From Lama glama (taxonomy: Eukaryota), in the NCBI GenBank assembly GCA_028534125.1, contig CM052817.1:24926001-24990000 (forward strand): DNA of 64,000 nt, in the 5' to 3' direction. Below, piece by piece: positions 1-13,300 of the stretch. The translations under genes were made by a program, and so were the position numbers. The notes beneath the pieces are model-generated. The model was not told the origin of the DNA, ran no database searches, and saw only the letters and a program-made list of their open reading frames with translations. How positions within the stretch are numbered: the stretch's first letter is position 1; each line of letters starts with the position of its first letter.

Positions 1-611
1 ACTTCTGGAAAAAGGTAAAGGAAGGGCAGGGGTGGGAAGAAGTGAGATCCAGCAGCCCATAACCTCCTCAAAGGAATGGATATTTATTTTGTTCACAGCG
101 GGATCCCCATGCCTAGAACAGTGTTGGACACATATCAGGCAGTTCACAAATACTTTATTAAATGAATAAATGAACAAATTGTGGGTCAGGATTCTTGGCT
201 CCAGGAATCAGCTCCGACTGATGTAAGCAGAAAAAAAATTTACTGGAAGGGTACAGGGTAGTTCTCGGAATTAACGTAAAGACTAGAGAATCCAACTTTG
301 CAAATGAGCAGCAACCAAGGGCAGCCAGACAGCTGGAACCACGGCCAAGGTTGCAGCACAGGAATACCCTGCTAAGGACACCACCTTGGGCACCCCAGCT
401 GCCAGGCACTGCCGTCCTTGGCACTGCCACCACCGGCCATTAGCTGCGGCGCCACTGGACTCCACGCCTCTGCGCCCCTTGTGAGTCAGATCTTGCCGAC
501 CCTATTTCCTGACTTCACTCCTTCAAGGTTCAAATGCCAGACAGGAATGAAGCCCTGATTGTCTGACAGAACCAGCATTGATTGCCTGTACATTAGCTGC
601 CAGAAAGTAGG

Positions 612-772
612 AGAGACACAGGGAACTATATTCAATATTTTATAATAACTTTCAATGAAAAAGAATATGAAAGTGAATATATGTATACATATATGTAGGA
701 CTGAGACATTATGGACCAGAAATTGACACATTGTAACTGACTATACTTCAATTAAAAAAAAAAAGAAAGAAA
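612..772 (+). mobile_element. L1 3' end (artiodactyl/camelid type) with poly(A)
   Basis: acagggaactatattcaata...gacacattgtaactgactatacttcaattaaaaaaa, a recalled artiodactyl L1 3' UTR terminus. Confidence 0.75.
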
Positions 773-1239
773 ACGTGGGAGAGAGTGAATATTTGTCCCC
801 TGTCAGCAGAGGGGGCCATTCTTCCACCTGTTTTACAATTTCTCCCTGAACAAGGCAGTCATTCAATGTTGTGCAGCCTAAAAATCTTGAAGTGTCCACT
901 CTGGGAGGACTGGACAGAAAAATGTAAAACCAAGGAAAGAAATTTTTTCCTGTAAAACACTTAACATTTAATATTTATAGTAAATGCTCACTATAAAAAA
1001 AATGCAGTCAGTTCAGAAGTGTGTAAAGTATAAAATGTAAGTCCAGTCCTTAACCTACCCCAAGACAGAACCACACTTACCAGTTGGGAGTAGGTTCTGA
1101 CTTCAAGAGACTTCTCAGTAAGAATTGCTTCTTATATTATACAGGGCTGGACTTCATCATTATTATCAGGTATTTAGAATTTACATGTAAAGCTTGTAGT
1201 CTGGTACTTTTTTATTTGAAAATAAAGTGACTGCTTGGA

Positions 1240-1460
1240 ATTAGGAGTTTGAGATTAACAGATACAAGCTACTATATATAAAACAGATAAACAACAGGGA
1301 TCCACTATTTAGCACAGAGGACTATATTTCAATTTCTTGTAGTGAGCTGTGTAGTGGAAAAGAAACTGAAAAAAAATGTGTGTATATGCATAACTGAATC
1401 ACTTTGTTGTGCACCTGAAACTAATGGTGTAAACCAACTACACTTAAGTGAAAAAAAGGA
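1240..1460 (+). mobile_element. L1 3' end (artiodactyl type)
   Basis: ggagtttgagattaacagatac...ataactgaatcactttgttgtgcacctgaaactaa, related to the 612-772 copy. Confidence 0.75.
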
Positions 1461-3314
1461 TTTTTTAAAAAGTGGCTGTTTGGAGTCTCTAGGCCTGGCC
1501 ATGTGGGGTGTTGCTGGGGTTCCTCTTCCCAGGAGGGCCCCCTCCCCCGCCCCCACCCCAACAAAGGGTAAGCAGACAAGCTCTTGATACCATTTGCTTT
1601 GTTGTGCTGTGTTGGACATGATGGGGTATTTCTTGCTTGGGAGAGATCAGGGATGTGACGGCATCTGTCATTTTGATGGGTGAGCAAAATTTGGGTTCCG
1701 TTGGAGAAAGGTACTCACTTTGCCTTTGCCCAAGCTGATTGAGGGCTCAAAGGGATAACTTCCTGTTCAGGATGTCATATGTGGAGAGTTCTGGTCGTAA
1801 AAAAAAAAAGCAAAAATGATCTGAAATCATATTTTGCTGAGATTTTAAAGAAATAAAGTTCCAGAACTGACCCATTCTCAGCTGACCTCCAGGGAAATTA
1901 TTCAGGATGTGTAGCTGTTCATTTTCCATGTTGTGTTGGCAGTTGGCTGGTCTGTAGCACCCAGGAAGGTGAGTTCGGTGCCCCACAGGGGTTGTGCAGG
2001 GCAAACGTAAGACTCTTTTATAGGAGACAATTTGCATAAAGAACAGAAACTTGGTGCTCAAATAAGTGGTTTGAATTTTAATAAAGTAGAACTGGATGTT
2101 AAAAATCTTATTTGTAAGAAATATATGAAAAATCATGTTAAAGTTATAAACTAAATAATATACTTTAGTGAGGTTGGATAAATGCATGTCAGGTTGTTAC
2201 AGGGCTGACCCAAACTGGTCATTGATATTGGCCCCAAAGTAAGGCCCTGGACTGGTATTCTGTGGTCTCTCAAGAACCTGGGAGCAAAAGCCAGCATCCT
2301 GCTTTGCTCTTTGTTGTCACAGACCCAGGTTTCTGTCTGGGAAAGATGCTGCATGTAATTTTTGAGTGGTATCATGTACTCCTTTTGTACCAAGCAAGCA
2401 GTCCACAGTATTTCTACAGAGAAGGGTGCAGACACCGTAAGATTAGGGTGCGACATCCAGGATTCCCATACACAGCCTTCATTTTCCATGTTGTGTCATC
2501 TTAGTACCTAAACTGGTAGCAGTTCGGTTTTACACTTGTGAAATGATATAATTTTTAGGTCTTTTTGAAGGAATCGAGTGAACAGATATGGCTTGAAATT
2601 TTTAAAATGTGGATTAGTTGAGACCATTTCAGTTTGGAATCACAGCCAAAATAGAAGTCATCTGTGAATCATTTGGAAACATGTAGACACTTCAAGTATT
2701 GACAGCAGAGAAGGACCTTCGTTAAAAATACTATTTTACAACATGTGATTACAGCAAAGCTGTAATGAACACGACAGAAGGGCATAATATTTTGCTTATA
2801 TGAAGAAATGTTGGCTCTTTTAAGGTACCAGTTAAAGTGATAGCATTTAAAAATAGGTGAAAGCAAGACACTGTGATATCTTAATTGGAATTTAATTTGC
2901 TCTTGCTTTGGTATCTTGACTGTGATGCAGACAATCCTGAATAGACTAGAAATGTTGGAAAACCCCGTACCATATGAATCTGTTAAAATCATAGCCTTAT
3001 TTTGTCTGAGCAGGAAGTGAACAATTCTGTCGTATCGCCAAGGACAGGTGAGACCGTGACCGGGGCATTGAAGGGCCCGCAGTGGCCCAAGGAAAATAAT
3101 TAGAGGCATCAGCTGTGGAAAGAGGAAGCTGGGTTGTGGTGGCTGCAGTGGCCAGAAGTGAGAGCTGTGGGGGCAGCAGCAGGGGACCAGTGGTGTCTAG
3201 AGAGGGAGCGTGGGAGTGCAAATTGTAGCGATGCCAATGTTAGTTGTTTCTTCAGGCCATGGGCTACAAGCCTGGTGTGCTACCAGGCTTTACAAAATTT
3301 CAGTACAGCTACGA

Positions 3315-3765
3315 GAATCTACATGGAGATGAAGATATATGTCCCCACAAAGTCATGTACACCAGTGCTGCTAGCAGCTTTATACGTAATAAGCCAAAAA
3401 TGGAAGACAGCCTAGAATTTGAAAACAACCCAGATGTTCATCAACAGGTGGCAAGTGGAATGCTCCACACCAATAAAAAGGATGCTCATAGCAGTGTGGA
3501 AAATCTCAAAATCATTTGCTGAGTGAAGCAAGTTGTTCCCCTACCAATAAAAAGTGTACATGCTATGTCATTCCATTTATATAAAACTCTTCAAAAATGC
3601 AAACTAATCTTTAGTGAAGAAAATAGATTAGTGTGGCTTGTGGGTGGGGCAGAGGGAGGGAGGGATTGCAAAGCGGCGCAAGAACTTTGGAAAGTGATGG
3701 AAATGTTTGGTAAATTGCTTTGGTTTCACAGATATGTTCATAGGTGAAAATGTATCAAATTACTT
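3315..3765 (+). mobile_element. Old L1M 3' region fragment
   Basis: gcagctttatacgtaataagccaaaaatggaa...cccagatgttcatcaacagg...ttccatttatataaaactc resemble L1M 3' motifs. Confidence 0.65.
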
Positions 3766-4249
3766 GGTCTTCAGTGGGGGAAGAGGCCTCGCAATTCTCA
3801 GCTGGAGAAGACGAGACACGGGGACACTTCGCAAGGATGGGAAGCTGGGCCTCATGGTTATAAACTAACAGACTTCAAAAGGGGTATTTGAAAAGGATGT
3901 TCAAATCAGGGCATCTGCTCTCAGTAAAGCGCTTCGGATCTGTAAGGCAGTTGTAGTATCCGTCCAAGAGAACTCACTACCGAAGCTCTAGAAAGAGGTC
4001 ACAGCCTTTGCCTGGATGAGTAAGGCAGTAAGTTAAGAGTTTTAGCTTTCAGAATCTTACAAATCTACACATTAGCACCTACAAGTCCTCAGACCACGAA
4101 TACTTTCCCTGAATCATAATTCTCACCATTACTGTAGTGAGATTTGAAAGAGATGAAGAAGGAGGGGGAAAATCTACCTGGAAAGTCCTAGAGAACTACC
4201 AGTGTCGGCAAGGCTAGACTCACAGAGCCTGTGGTCACTGGAGATTATT

Positions 4250-4406
4250 TTTTTTAAAGCATTCTGGGAGGGGGAGGGCAGGGAGGCAATCAGGTTTATT
4301 TATTAATTTAAAAAAATTTTAATGGAGGTACTGGGGATTGGACCCAGGACCTCGTGCACGCTAAGCACATACTCTACCACTGAGCTCTACTTTCCCCCTA
4401 ACCCCC
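4250..4406 (-). mobile_element. tRNA-derived SINE (camelid Vic-1-like)
   Basis: Core atggaggtactggggattggacccaggacctcgtgcacgctaagc...ctaccactgagct shared with six other copies; possible TSD gagatt(a/c)tt at 4241 and 4407. Confidence 0.85.
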
Positions 4407-5609
4407 GAGATTCTTCATGCTGTACCCTCACCCTGTTCCATGAGATATTTATTGCAGTCTTCGCTGAATCACAGGGTAGTTTTAGATTTTCACTTGTACA
4501 GTATATGACTTAAAATTCTGCTGACTGGGAGGGAGAGGCTAATGTTCTTGTGCAGAGTCACTGGTAGAATCTGAATGAAAACGTCCATCTCTGGAGTCCT
4601 GGTTTTTCAGTTAACCCTTATGTCCTTGTCATTTGCACAGACCATGTGATGATTTGGGGCTGATTGGGGCTGCAGATAAATTGTGCTCATTTACAGTGGA
4701 AATCAAAGCAAATCAACATTTTGATTGATGTTGTGTAATCACCGTGTGCTGACTGATGTGCAGAGTCTGTGACAGCTGCAGGCACTCATCACCCATACAC
4801 ATCACCTCCATCTCTCTCCTACCCTGGCACTCGACATATCTTGCATTCAACTTGAGTAATTGGATGCCCTTTCTGCAAATTTGAGCTGACAAGTATGAAT
4901 GGTAAATTTCATAGTAATATTTTAAAAAATACACGGAAATACAATGTGGTATGAAAAGCATATTGCTAATTAATAAAATAGAATCAGGTAGGAATTTCCT
5001 GGACAGATAAGAGAGGGATTGTGTTTATATTCTGAAAGTGATCAGGAATAATTCTTATGAGCTCAGATTTAAGCTGATACGTATTAATGTCAGGCTTTAT
5101 AAAAAAAGTGTCAAAGTGCCACATGCAATTAAGGCTTAAAATCAGGAGAGGCATATGCAACAGAGCACTGTTTATGTAGTTTTTAATTCCCATGTTACTG
5201 GAATGGAACACAACCAGTTATATAATATACTATATAAAATCTACTAGGGAATTCAGTAATATTGCAATTAAGTTTCAAGTCCTTCAAAATCATTTTGCCT
5301 ATTCAACATGCTGCTGTAATTGTTTAACAATGACTTGAATAAAAGACCTCAGAGAAACATATGTGGGAGCAAGTGCAAATAAGGTTAATGAGAAAGAAGT
5401 GAGCCAGTCTGATGTGTAGAATAAGTGGTAAAATCTACGGAAGCTTCTTTAAAAAGAGGATGAGCATGAGGCAGGCCCAAGAGGCTGTTCGTATATTTGA
5501 GAAATTTGGATGGTGTGGTTAATGTGGTATGTGTGGAGGACAGTAGGCAGTAAGGATGAGGTCAGCTGAAATTAAGGGAATGTCCAGTTTATAGTGGTTC
5601 ACATCCTCA

Positions 5610-5750
5610 TTTCTCTAACTGTGGTCCTTAGCAGCATCACCTGGGAGCCTGTTATTAATGTAGATCCTCCAGGCCCACTTCAGGCCTACTGAATCAGAAT
5701 TTTTCACTTTAATGAGATTTCCAAGTGATTCATAGGCACATTGAAGTTCA
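5610..5750. mobile_element. MER5-like hAT-Charlie MITE
   Basis: gcagcatcacctgggagc...cctactgaatcagaa...gtgattcataggcacattgaagtt match recalled MER5A motifs. Confidence 0.7.
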
Positions 5751-5804
5751 GGTTAGCCAATACAGATATTTTGATGTATCATTTAATAAGGATTTGGAGA
5801 TAAG

Positions 5805-6045
5805 CAGTTTCAGAATGGTTGGATCTGTATCATCAATAACACAGGTTTTCATCTCATTACATTCTGCCAGGCTTAGCATGTTGATTTTGGCTTTATGACC
5901 TCATGGTTCAAAGATGGCTGCTGTAGCTCTCTTCACAAGTGAGTTCCAAGCAGGAAGAATGGGGCATACTTTTCCTAGTATCTCATTGGCTAGAGCTGGC
6001 TCACATGTTGACTTGTAGACTAATCATTTGGAAAGAGGAATAGTA
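5805..6045. mobile_element. MLT1-type MaLR LTR fragment
   Basis: cctcatggttcaaagatggctgctgtagctc...tctcattggctagagctggctcacatg resemble old MLT1 motifs. Confidence 0.6.
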
Positions 6046-9000
6046 TAAATATGACTTATTTATACTATTCGTTCATTTAATTAAAAAAAATGCATTGCTT
6101 ACTATGTACCAACTCATAGCCTATCCTTTGGGGCTAAAGCCTGAGATCAAGAGTCTCTGTTTATTAATTGAACAAAATTAAGATTCTGCTAGTATAGTGG
6201 AATGAAAGGAAATCATTATTAGGCAAGAATTGTTGTCTACCACTGGTAGGAGAGGCCAGATTTGGAAGAGTCTTGGACGCCATGCGAAGACTGGACTCCA
6301 TCCCGTGGTCATTGGAGAATCGAGATAGGGACACAATCAAGTCTGTATTTTGAGAAGTAAACCTCGCCTGTGGAGGATGGACTGAGACCAGGAAGGAGAT
6401 TTATGGAGATGATGACAGCTGACCTATGACAGTAATGAGTGGAATGGAAAGAAGGGGCTACATTTGGAAGGCCACTCCAAGACAGAGTCATTGCTTAGTG
6501 ATACTGTTCATGGGTGGTGAGAAAGGGAGAGGACTCAGAGATGTCACTGAGACTTTGGTGGGATAGCTCACTCAGCTGTCCAACACTAGTTGCCATTTAA
6601 AAAAATCTGTGTATTTTACACATATGTGATCACAGGATACACACCTGTAACCTGGATTTTCCACTTAATGTATCATGAGCTGATTTCTGTGTCAGCACAT
6701 AGAGAACTAGCTAGCTCATCGCTCTTTAACTCTGATTTTTATTTGAAAAATATTATAAAACATAGGCAAGTTAAAAAACCATTTATAAACTGAAAAATTT
6801 AAGACATTGTAAAAATGAAAAAGGGAAAATGCTTTCCATCTTGCCTCTGGAACTTGTGTCTCCCCCAGTTTTTTCCTTAAGGTAATACAGGAAAAATGTC
6901 AAGAGTGTCTGATGCGTATACATATATCTCTCCTTTCTCTCTCTCATAATCATGCTACTCATATTAGTCTGCAGCATGTAATTTTCACTGTTACTCTTTT
7001 CTACAAAAATCCCTGCCCTTTATTTGTCGTGAGTGGCTTGCGCTCCAGGAACATCCAGTGTTAACATAAGAAGGCTCTACCTCAAAGTTTACACCTTCCT
7101 TTTTCCTATTTATGTATGTAGATTATAATCTACAGAGTCAGCTTCTAGTGAATTTATAATAGACAGCGGCATTTATTGTTTTGTTCGTTGTCTGTCTCCC
7201 TCTTCACTGGGATGTAAGTTTTGTGAGGGCAGTGATTCTTTTTGTTTTATTAACAGGTGTATCCCTGCAGCCTGCACAATATCTGGCCCCAGATGGGTGC
7301 TCAGTAAATACTTGTGATGAATGAAAGCATTTCCAGCAGATTATCCTCATTGTGCTTTGCTTGAACACAGTTAAAATCTCCAAATGTTCTTGCCCTGTAC
7401 CTCCGTTCTCTATCTTTCCCCCTTGGCCTCATACGGTGCACTCAAGGGGGTCAACTAATTTGAATATTAATCTAAAGAAAAGGGGCTACAGTAATGACCT
7501 CCTTCAGGGAGGTCAATGCCTGCCACAGTGAAACATAAAAAATTGTTATCTGGTCATTGGGGTTATCTGCACCACTGCCTCCCTCCCCTTGCCCGCAGGC
7601 CCAAGTCGACCAAGTGAACGAAGTGAACCTCCTTTGTGGGTTGAGAGAACTTACACAGCTGTTGAGTTTGTTTAATACCCATGGTCACACCAGCGCAATA
7701 TGGCAGGCGTATCCCTTCCTTTCCAAAGGAAGGAAAGAGGTGACTATATATGATCCATGATTTCTATGTGACACTTATTCCTCATAACTATGAAAGGAAT
7801 AAATAATACCACTGTTTTAGAGAGGAGGAAATTGATCTCATCGCAAGAACGTATAGTAAAGGGAGAATTGACTTTTCAACATACCCTTTCTGACTCCAAA
7901 CTCCAATTTTTTTTTAACCCTACACTACTTTTTTGTAAAAGTTCAAACCAGACTGTATGATGTTTTTCTTTTTCTTCGTCATTACTTTGAAAAGGTCACT
8001 TCTGACAGCTGATTTACGTTTCCTGACAAGCCACGTATCATTTTTCCTCCTCCCCTCCCTTCCTTTCCCTCGTTTTTCATTCCTTGTGTTTACAAGGCAA
8101 CAGATGATAGTTTTTCATGATGTGCTGGAGATGGTATATTTTACTGAAAATGCCAGACAAATAAAATTGTAAGTGGTCACTGGTGAAAACCTACACTGGA
8201 AAATGTGATTTCAGCTATAGTTCTGTGTTTCTTAAAATGCTATTTTTGCTGATCTCTACTCAGAACCACGGAAACAGATGCCCACATTTCCTGGATTTGC
8301 TGCCAGTTTTTATGCCCCCTTTTCTCATATACATTTATGGTGACCAAGTTTGCTTTTAAAACATATGCTAAGAAGAATGACGTATTTTTCAGACTGAAGT
8401 TGTCAAGGGAAAAATATGCTTAAGAAGGAGTCTGTAAAATCAACCAAGCAGACTTATCTCCCAGAAAATCCATTCTCTGATCAGGCTGTTTCATCTGTAA
8501 AGCTTTCTGGCCTGTCCACCTCCCATCCTCCAGCCAATAAATGCTAAATTCCTTAGCTTGGCAGTCAAGAGCCTTGTCCATCTGGTCTCAGATGATTATT
8601 TAGATTTTCCCTCTAATTCCAAGATTTTGAGTCCTATTCAACAAAATAGGACTGTTAATTTTTCTGGAGTAGCCAAGCAAGCTTTCCTCTTTTTGCTCAT
8701 TGCTGTTTCTTTTACCTACAGAGGTTATTTCCCTCCTTTACTCAAGAAAAGCATTCATTTCCATCTCTCCTAGCGCTAATGCTGCCTCCTCCAGAAAGCT
8801 TTCCTGGATTGGATTTGCTGTCACACCTTATCAAATCTATCCCTTATTTAGAACACTTACACTACATCTCTTACTTTACTTCTGCCCAAATTCAGAGAAC
8901 CACTCTAAGGCTATTCACTGAAAAAAGAAATGTGTCAAAGTGCTTTGAATGAAAGCAATTAGCTATAGTTTCTGTTAATGGTGTAATGGTGTAGGTTGCA

Positions 9001-12000
9001 GACATGTGGCCTGGCCTGCAGACTTTTATTGTTTGTATTTGAAGCAAAGCAGTTCCATTTGAATGCCTGCAGGCTGGCATTTACACTCTATTCACTAGTC
9101 TCCCCACTCCCTGCTGCCTTCTACCAGATATGTCACATATATGCATCACTGCCTGATCCCTCATGGTGCTTGGGTTCACACGCTCCATGTAGCTGTGAAA
9201 TTAATCACTTGCTGCACCAGGCCCAAGTCATGGCTCTGTTGCTTCCTAGCTGGTTCCTATAGTATCTCTGAGTGGCCCTTTGTATTTGAGGTCAGCCTTA
9301 CGCAAAGAAACAGGTATATTTTTGCATATGGACTCAAATACAGACACACACACGGCGACGGCTCAAAGATTCCTGGAATGCATTGGAGAACAGGCGTATT
9401 TATCACTGAACTAAAGGGACCCCCTGCAAAACTGCCTTCAACTTACCTTGAGGTCTTAGAAACAAAAGTGACCCTTTGCTACTGTGAATCGAGAGGCTGG
9501 ACTAGGTTGGAAGAGGGTTGATAAGTGGATGTGGTCATTACCACACTCCAGTATCCTGCACGCACAGCAGACCTCAGTAACTATGACATCACCGCTGAGC
9601 CCAGACAGAGCCCTGTGACTCCATCACCACTAAGTGCCAGATTTCTGCTCCTGGCAGAAGAGGGAAATCGGGGTGAAAAATATTTGGCACCTTGCAGTTA
9701 GAAGAACTTTGGGGAGCTGCTTTGGTCAAAAATCGAAGACTTGGATTTATTAAAGGTTGGTAAGAAGTGAAACCATGTATGCAAAAGTACGTTATAAATG
9801 AAGAAATGTTATAAATGCTGCTGTTTATTTATTGGTTGCCCTGTGCTCTGTGCAAGTGCCTTTGGTCATTTCAAATATCTGAAATGTGGAGGTGACCGCC
9901 ACTTTATGGTAGTGGAAATAGGGCTTGGATGTTCAGTAAATTCTGAGTCTCCCAGCTCACTGTAAGCTTTGTGCTGAGACCCGGCCCAGCTCTCTCTGAC
10001 CTCAGCCTGCCCTCTTTGCTTGAGGTTATGTGGCTCCCAGATTATGCTCTAGGCACGTAAATTAGTTATTACAACAACCATTTCTGCTATAATTAACATT
10101 CTACTTAGATATAAAGTGGGTCATGTTCCCTCTCATTCTCCCTGAGCTGTCTGCTGGTTCTACACTCCTTCCATACCCATTTTCTCACTTCTGGAGATCT
10201 GTGAACAAGATTTGCTCCTGCAGAGAAAGCAGGAGACCAGAAATAGCAAAGGATAAAGGAAAAAAGGCCAGGGTCGGGTCAAGAGCTTCCCACGTCATCT
10301 CTTTCCAGTCTAGCAGGAACCAGATAGGAGCCTTAAGGAGATCTCAGAGGCCAAAGGAGATAATATTGAGAGTTAAGTGAAATGTTGACAAATAGGAAAC
10401 ACATATGCAGCTCTGACTAACACTGATTGTCTTAAAATGCCTGCACGGTTAAATAATACTCACGAGTTCTCACCTTGCTTCTAAAGTCTTGTAACTGAAA
10501 GCAGCTTTGTGCCCATGCCTTGGACTCTGTGCAAAGCTTTGATAGATGTCTGATGTCAATCTCGATCAGGAGTTGCTCCAGGGTCGCCGAATTCCAGGAT
10601 GTAGGGAGCTTTCTAGATCAAGAGTTGGTATTTATCGTATGTGTTAGTAGTTTTGTTGCACCTATGGAAAGTGGGCAGTCATTTTGCCTCTGAATGTTTG
10701 ATTCCATAAAAAAGCCAACTGAATATGGCTGTTGCAGAGCCATCTGAGGCAGCCAGAGGCCGAGGGTTCCAGATGCCTTCCCAATCAAAGGGTGCTCAGT
10801 GCTGACCTCTAGAAGAGATACTAATTCTCAGTTCAAGGCTGCCACACTCTTCCCTATAGAAGAGTCACAATGCTGTGACTTTTTCTCCCCCTTACACTTC
10901 TCCCGGGAGGTTTGTTAAGTTTAAAAATTCAAGACAAATCATAAAATGTTTGAGAAGTAATAGTCAGTGCTTCCTTATTCACATTTTTTTTTTAATCTAA
11001 AGGTCACTTTTGATTTTTCTCTCACTCACACCCTACCTTCCAACCAGTTGCAAGCCCTGTTGGTTCTGTTTCCAAAATATGTCTTGACTCCATCTGCTTC
11101 TGTACAGCGTTCACTGCCACTATCTTAATCCAAGCCACCATCACAATGGCCTCCTAACTGGAGAACTGGTCTCTTGCTCCATCTCTGACCCCAGGATTCC
11201 ATTCTCCATTTAATGTCAGAGCAACCGAGTCAAGAATTCAGTCAGGTAATTCCTCTAACTCATTCAGGTTTTTCTGGAGCTGACCCCTTGGTGGGTTCTC
11301 TAGATAAGTACTCCTTATCTTGGGTCAGTGGCCCACTCAAGGATGAGTCTCTGTTAGGTGTGGGCATAAGCTCCTGCCCATCCATTCCCTCTTCACCAGA
11401 AAAGCTGGATTTTGTCTATGAAAGAGGACATGATGTTGTGTAAATGCCAGGGCCCTGTTCTCCTGTAAGATTCATATCTCTGTGTTTCAAACTCAGGCCA
11501 AGAACCACAGGCATATCCTGGACAAGACTGGTAGTATTGCTGGAGTCAGAATCCCTGGGTCTTAATTCTGCCCCTCCCTCTTATTGGCCACGTACTTTGT
11601 GCAAGCTACTTAACTTCCAAAATTTTACTTCTTAAAGCTGCTGTGAGAGACAGTAAATGTGTCTAATTTCTGTTTGAATGTTTAATGTTTAAATGTTTAA
11701 TGTGTAAGTTTATATGAAATTCTTAGCTTAAGGTCTGGTACATAGTAAGCACCTAAAGGATAATCTGTTACAGCAGAAGTGCAGTAAATATTTGCTCAGT
11801 GAATAAATGAATAAATTACTTAGCCTCTTAGAGTTACGTTTCATCACCTATAAAGAGGTTTAGCTGGATGATAACTTTCCAGTCTAATATTTCTGTGGAT
11901 GTAATTATGAGGATGTTGATAGTTATGATAAATTGTGATTATATTATTACTGATTTTTTTAGGATTATTATGAAGGATGATTAAAAAAGTCAAATTCTAA

Positions 12001-12439
12001 ACTGACATAAAGTGAACAAATTGAACAAAACAGAAAATTTTTTAAATAATCCCCCTCAATCTAATGACAACCTGGTTTTTGACTTAGTGTGTCTCTGGTC
12101 AGCACAGGGCTTGCAGCTTCTCTGAGGGTCTTTAAGATCTCCAGGACAGTGATTAATCATTTAGCATAGGTCTGTCTTTGGCAACGAACATGAACTCTTC
12201 AACATCTGTTTGCATATAGTGCCCTAGGCCGTGGGATAGGAAACCATTATGAAAATACAAGCCATGTCCTCTGCTGAAATCAATAAAAATCACTTGGTTG
12301 AAGTTATGTGTATTAACTAGACTACACTCATCTTTTAACTGATTCTCTTAATAGTATTGTTTCTAAATATTTGTGAAGTCAAAGAACAATTGGTATGAAT
12401 TAATATCCATAATATCTAATAGATTTCTTCAAATCAATT

Positions 12440-13300
12440 AAAAAAAAAAAGACAACCCAGTAGAAAAATGGCCTACAATGTGAACAGGCAATTTATAGAG
12501 GAGGCAGCCTGGGCAGCCATTTGACATATTTGACATAGGAAAAGACGGGCAACTCACTAGCAACCAGGGAAAGGCAGATTAAAGTGAGAAGATAACATAT
12601 CACACTCATTAGATCAGCAACATGTAAGAGCTGGATAGCACCAGGATTGGTGAGGATGTGAGGAAACGGGCGTCAGCCTGTGGGTGGGAGTATAAACTGG
12701 CACAGCGGTCCTGCAGCAGAATATGGCCATGTTGCAGTGCAGCTGAAGATGTGAATACCCTTAACCCGGCGACTCCATTTCTGGGCACACATCATGGGCA
12801 TGTGCACAAGGAGATGGATGCAAGGGATGGCTGCTATGGTGGAAAGAAAAAAGAGAGAGAAGGGAAAAAATCTAAATGTCCAATCAAAAAGAGAGGAGAT
12901 ACTTATATTGTGGAATAATCATACAACTTAATACAATTGGAGACTATTCAGCAGTTAAAATTACACAATGTTGAATATGAAAAGCAATTGCCAGAAGAAT
13001 ATATACACTATGATACTGTGGAGGAAAAAAACTTGAAAGCACAAAAACGCCTTTATATTGTTTGTGGTTGATGCCTATGGGGATAATATATACAAACAGG
13101 GGGAAAGATACACTTAGTACCGGACGGTGGTTGCCTGTGGGGTTGGAGGGGGAGCTCTGTCAGTGACACTTTACTTCTTAAAAGAAAAAAATACGTATAT
13201 GTACGTATGTGCAGAATATTTAAAACTGTTAAAACTGGGTAGAAACTCCCTGGATAGCTGTCATATTATTCTATTTAACTTTTTGTGAAATATTTTATGA
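12440..13300 (+). mobile_element. Old L1M fragment (end of ORF2 and 3' UTR)
   Basis: acaacccagtagaaaaatgg...gtgggagtataaactggcaca...tctaaatgtccaatc, degenerate L1 motifs. Confidence 0.65.
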
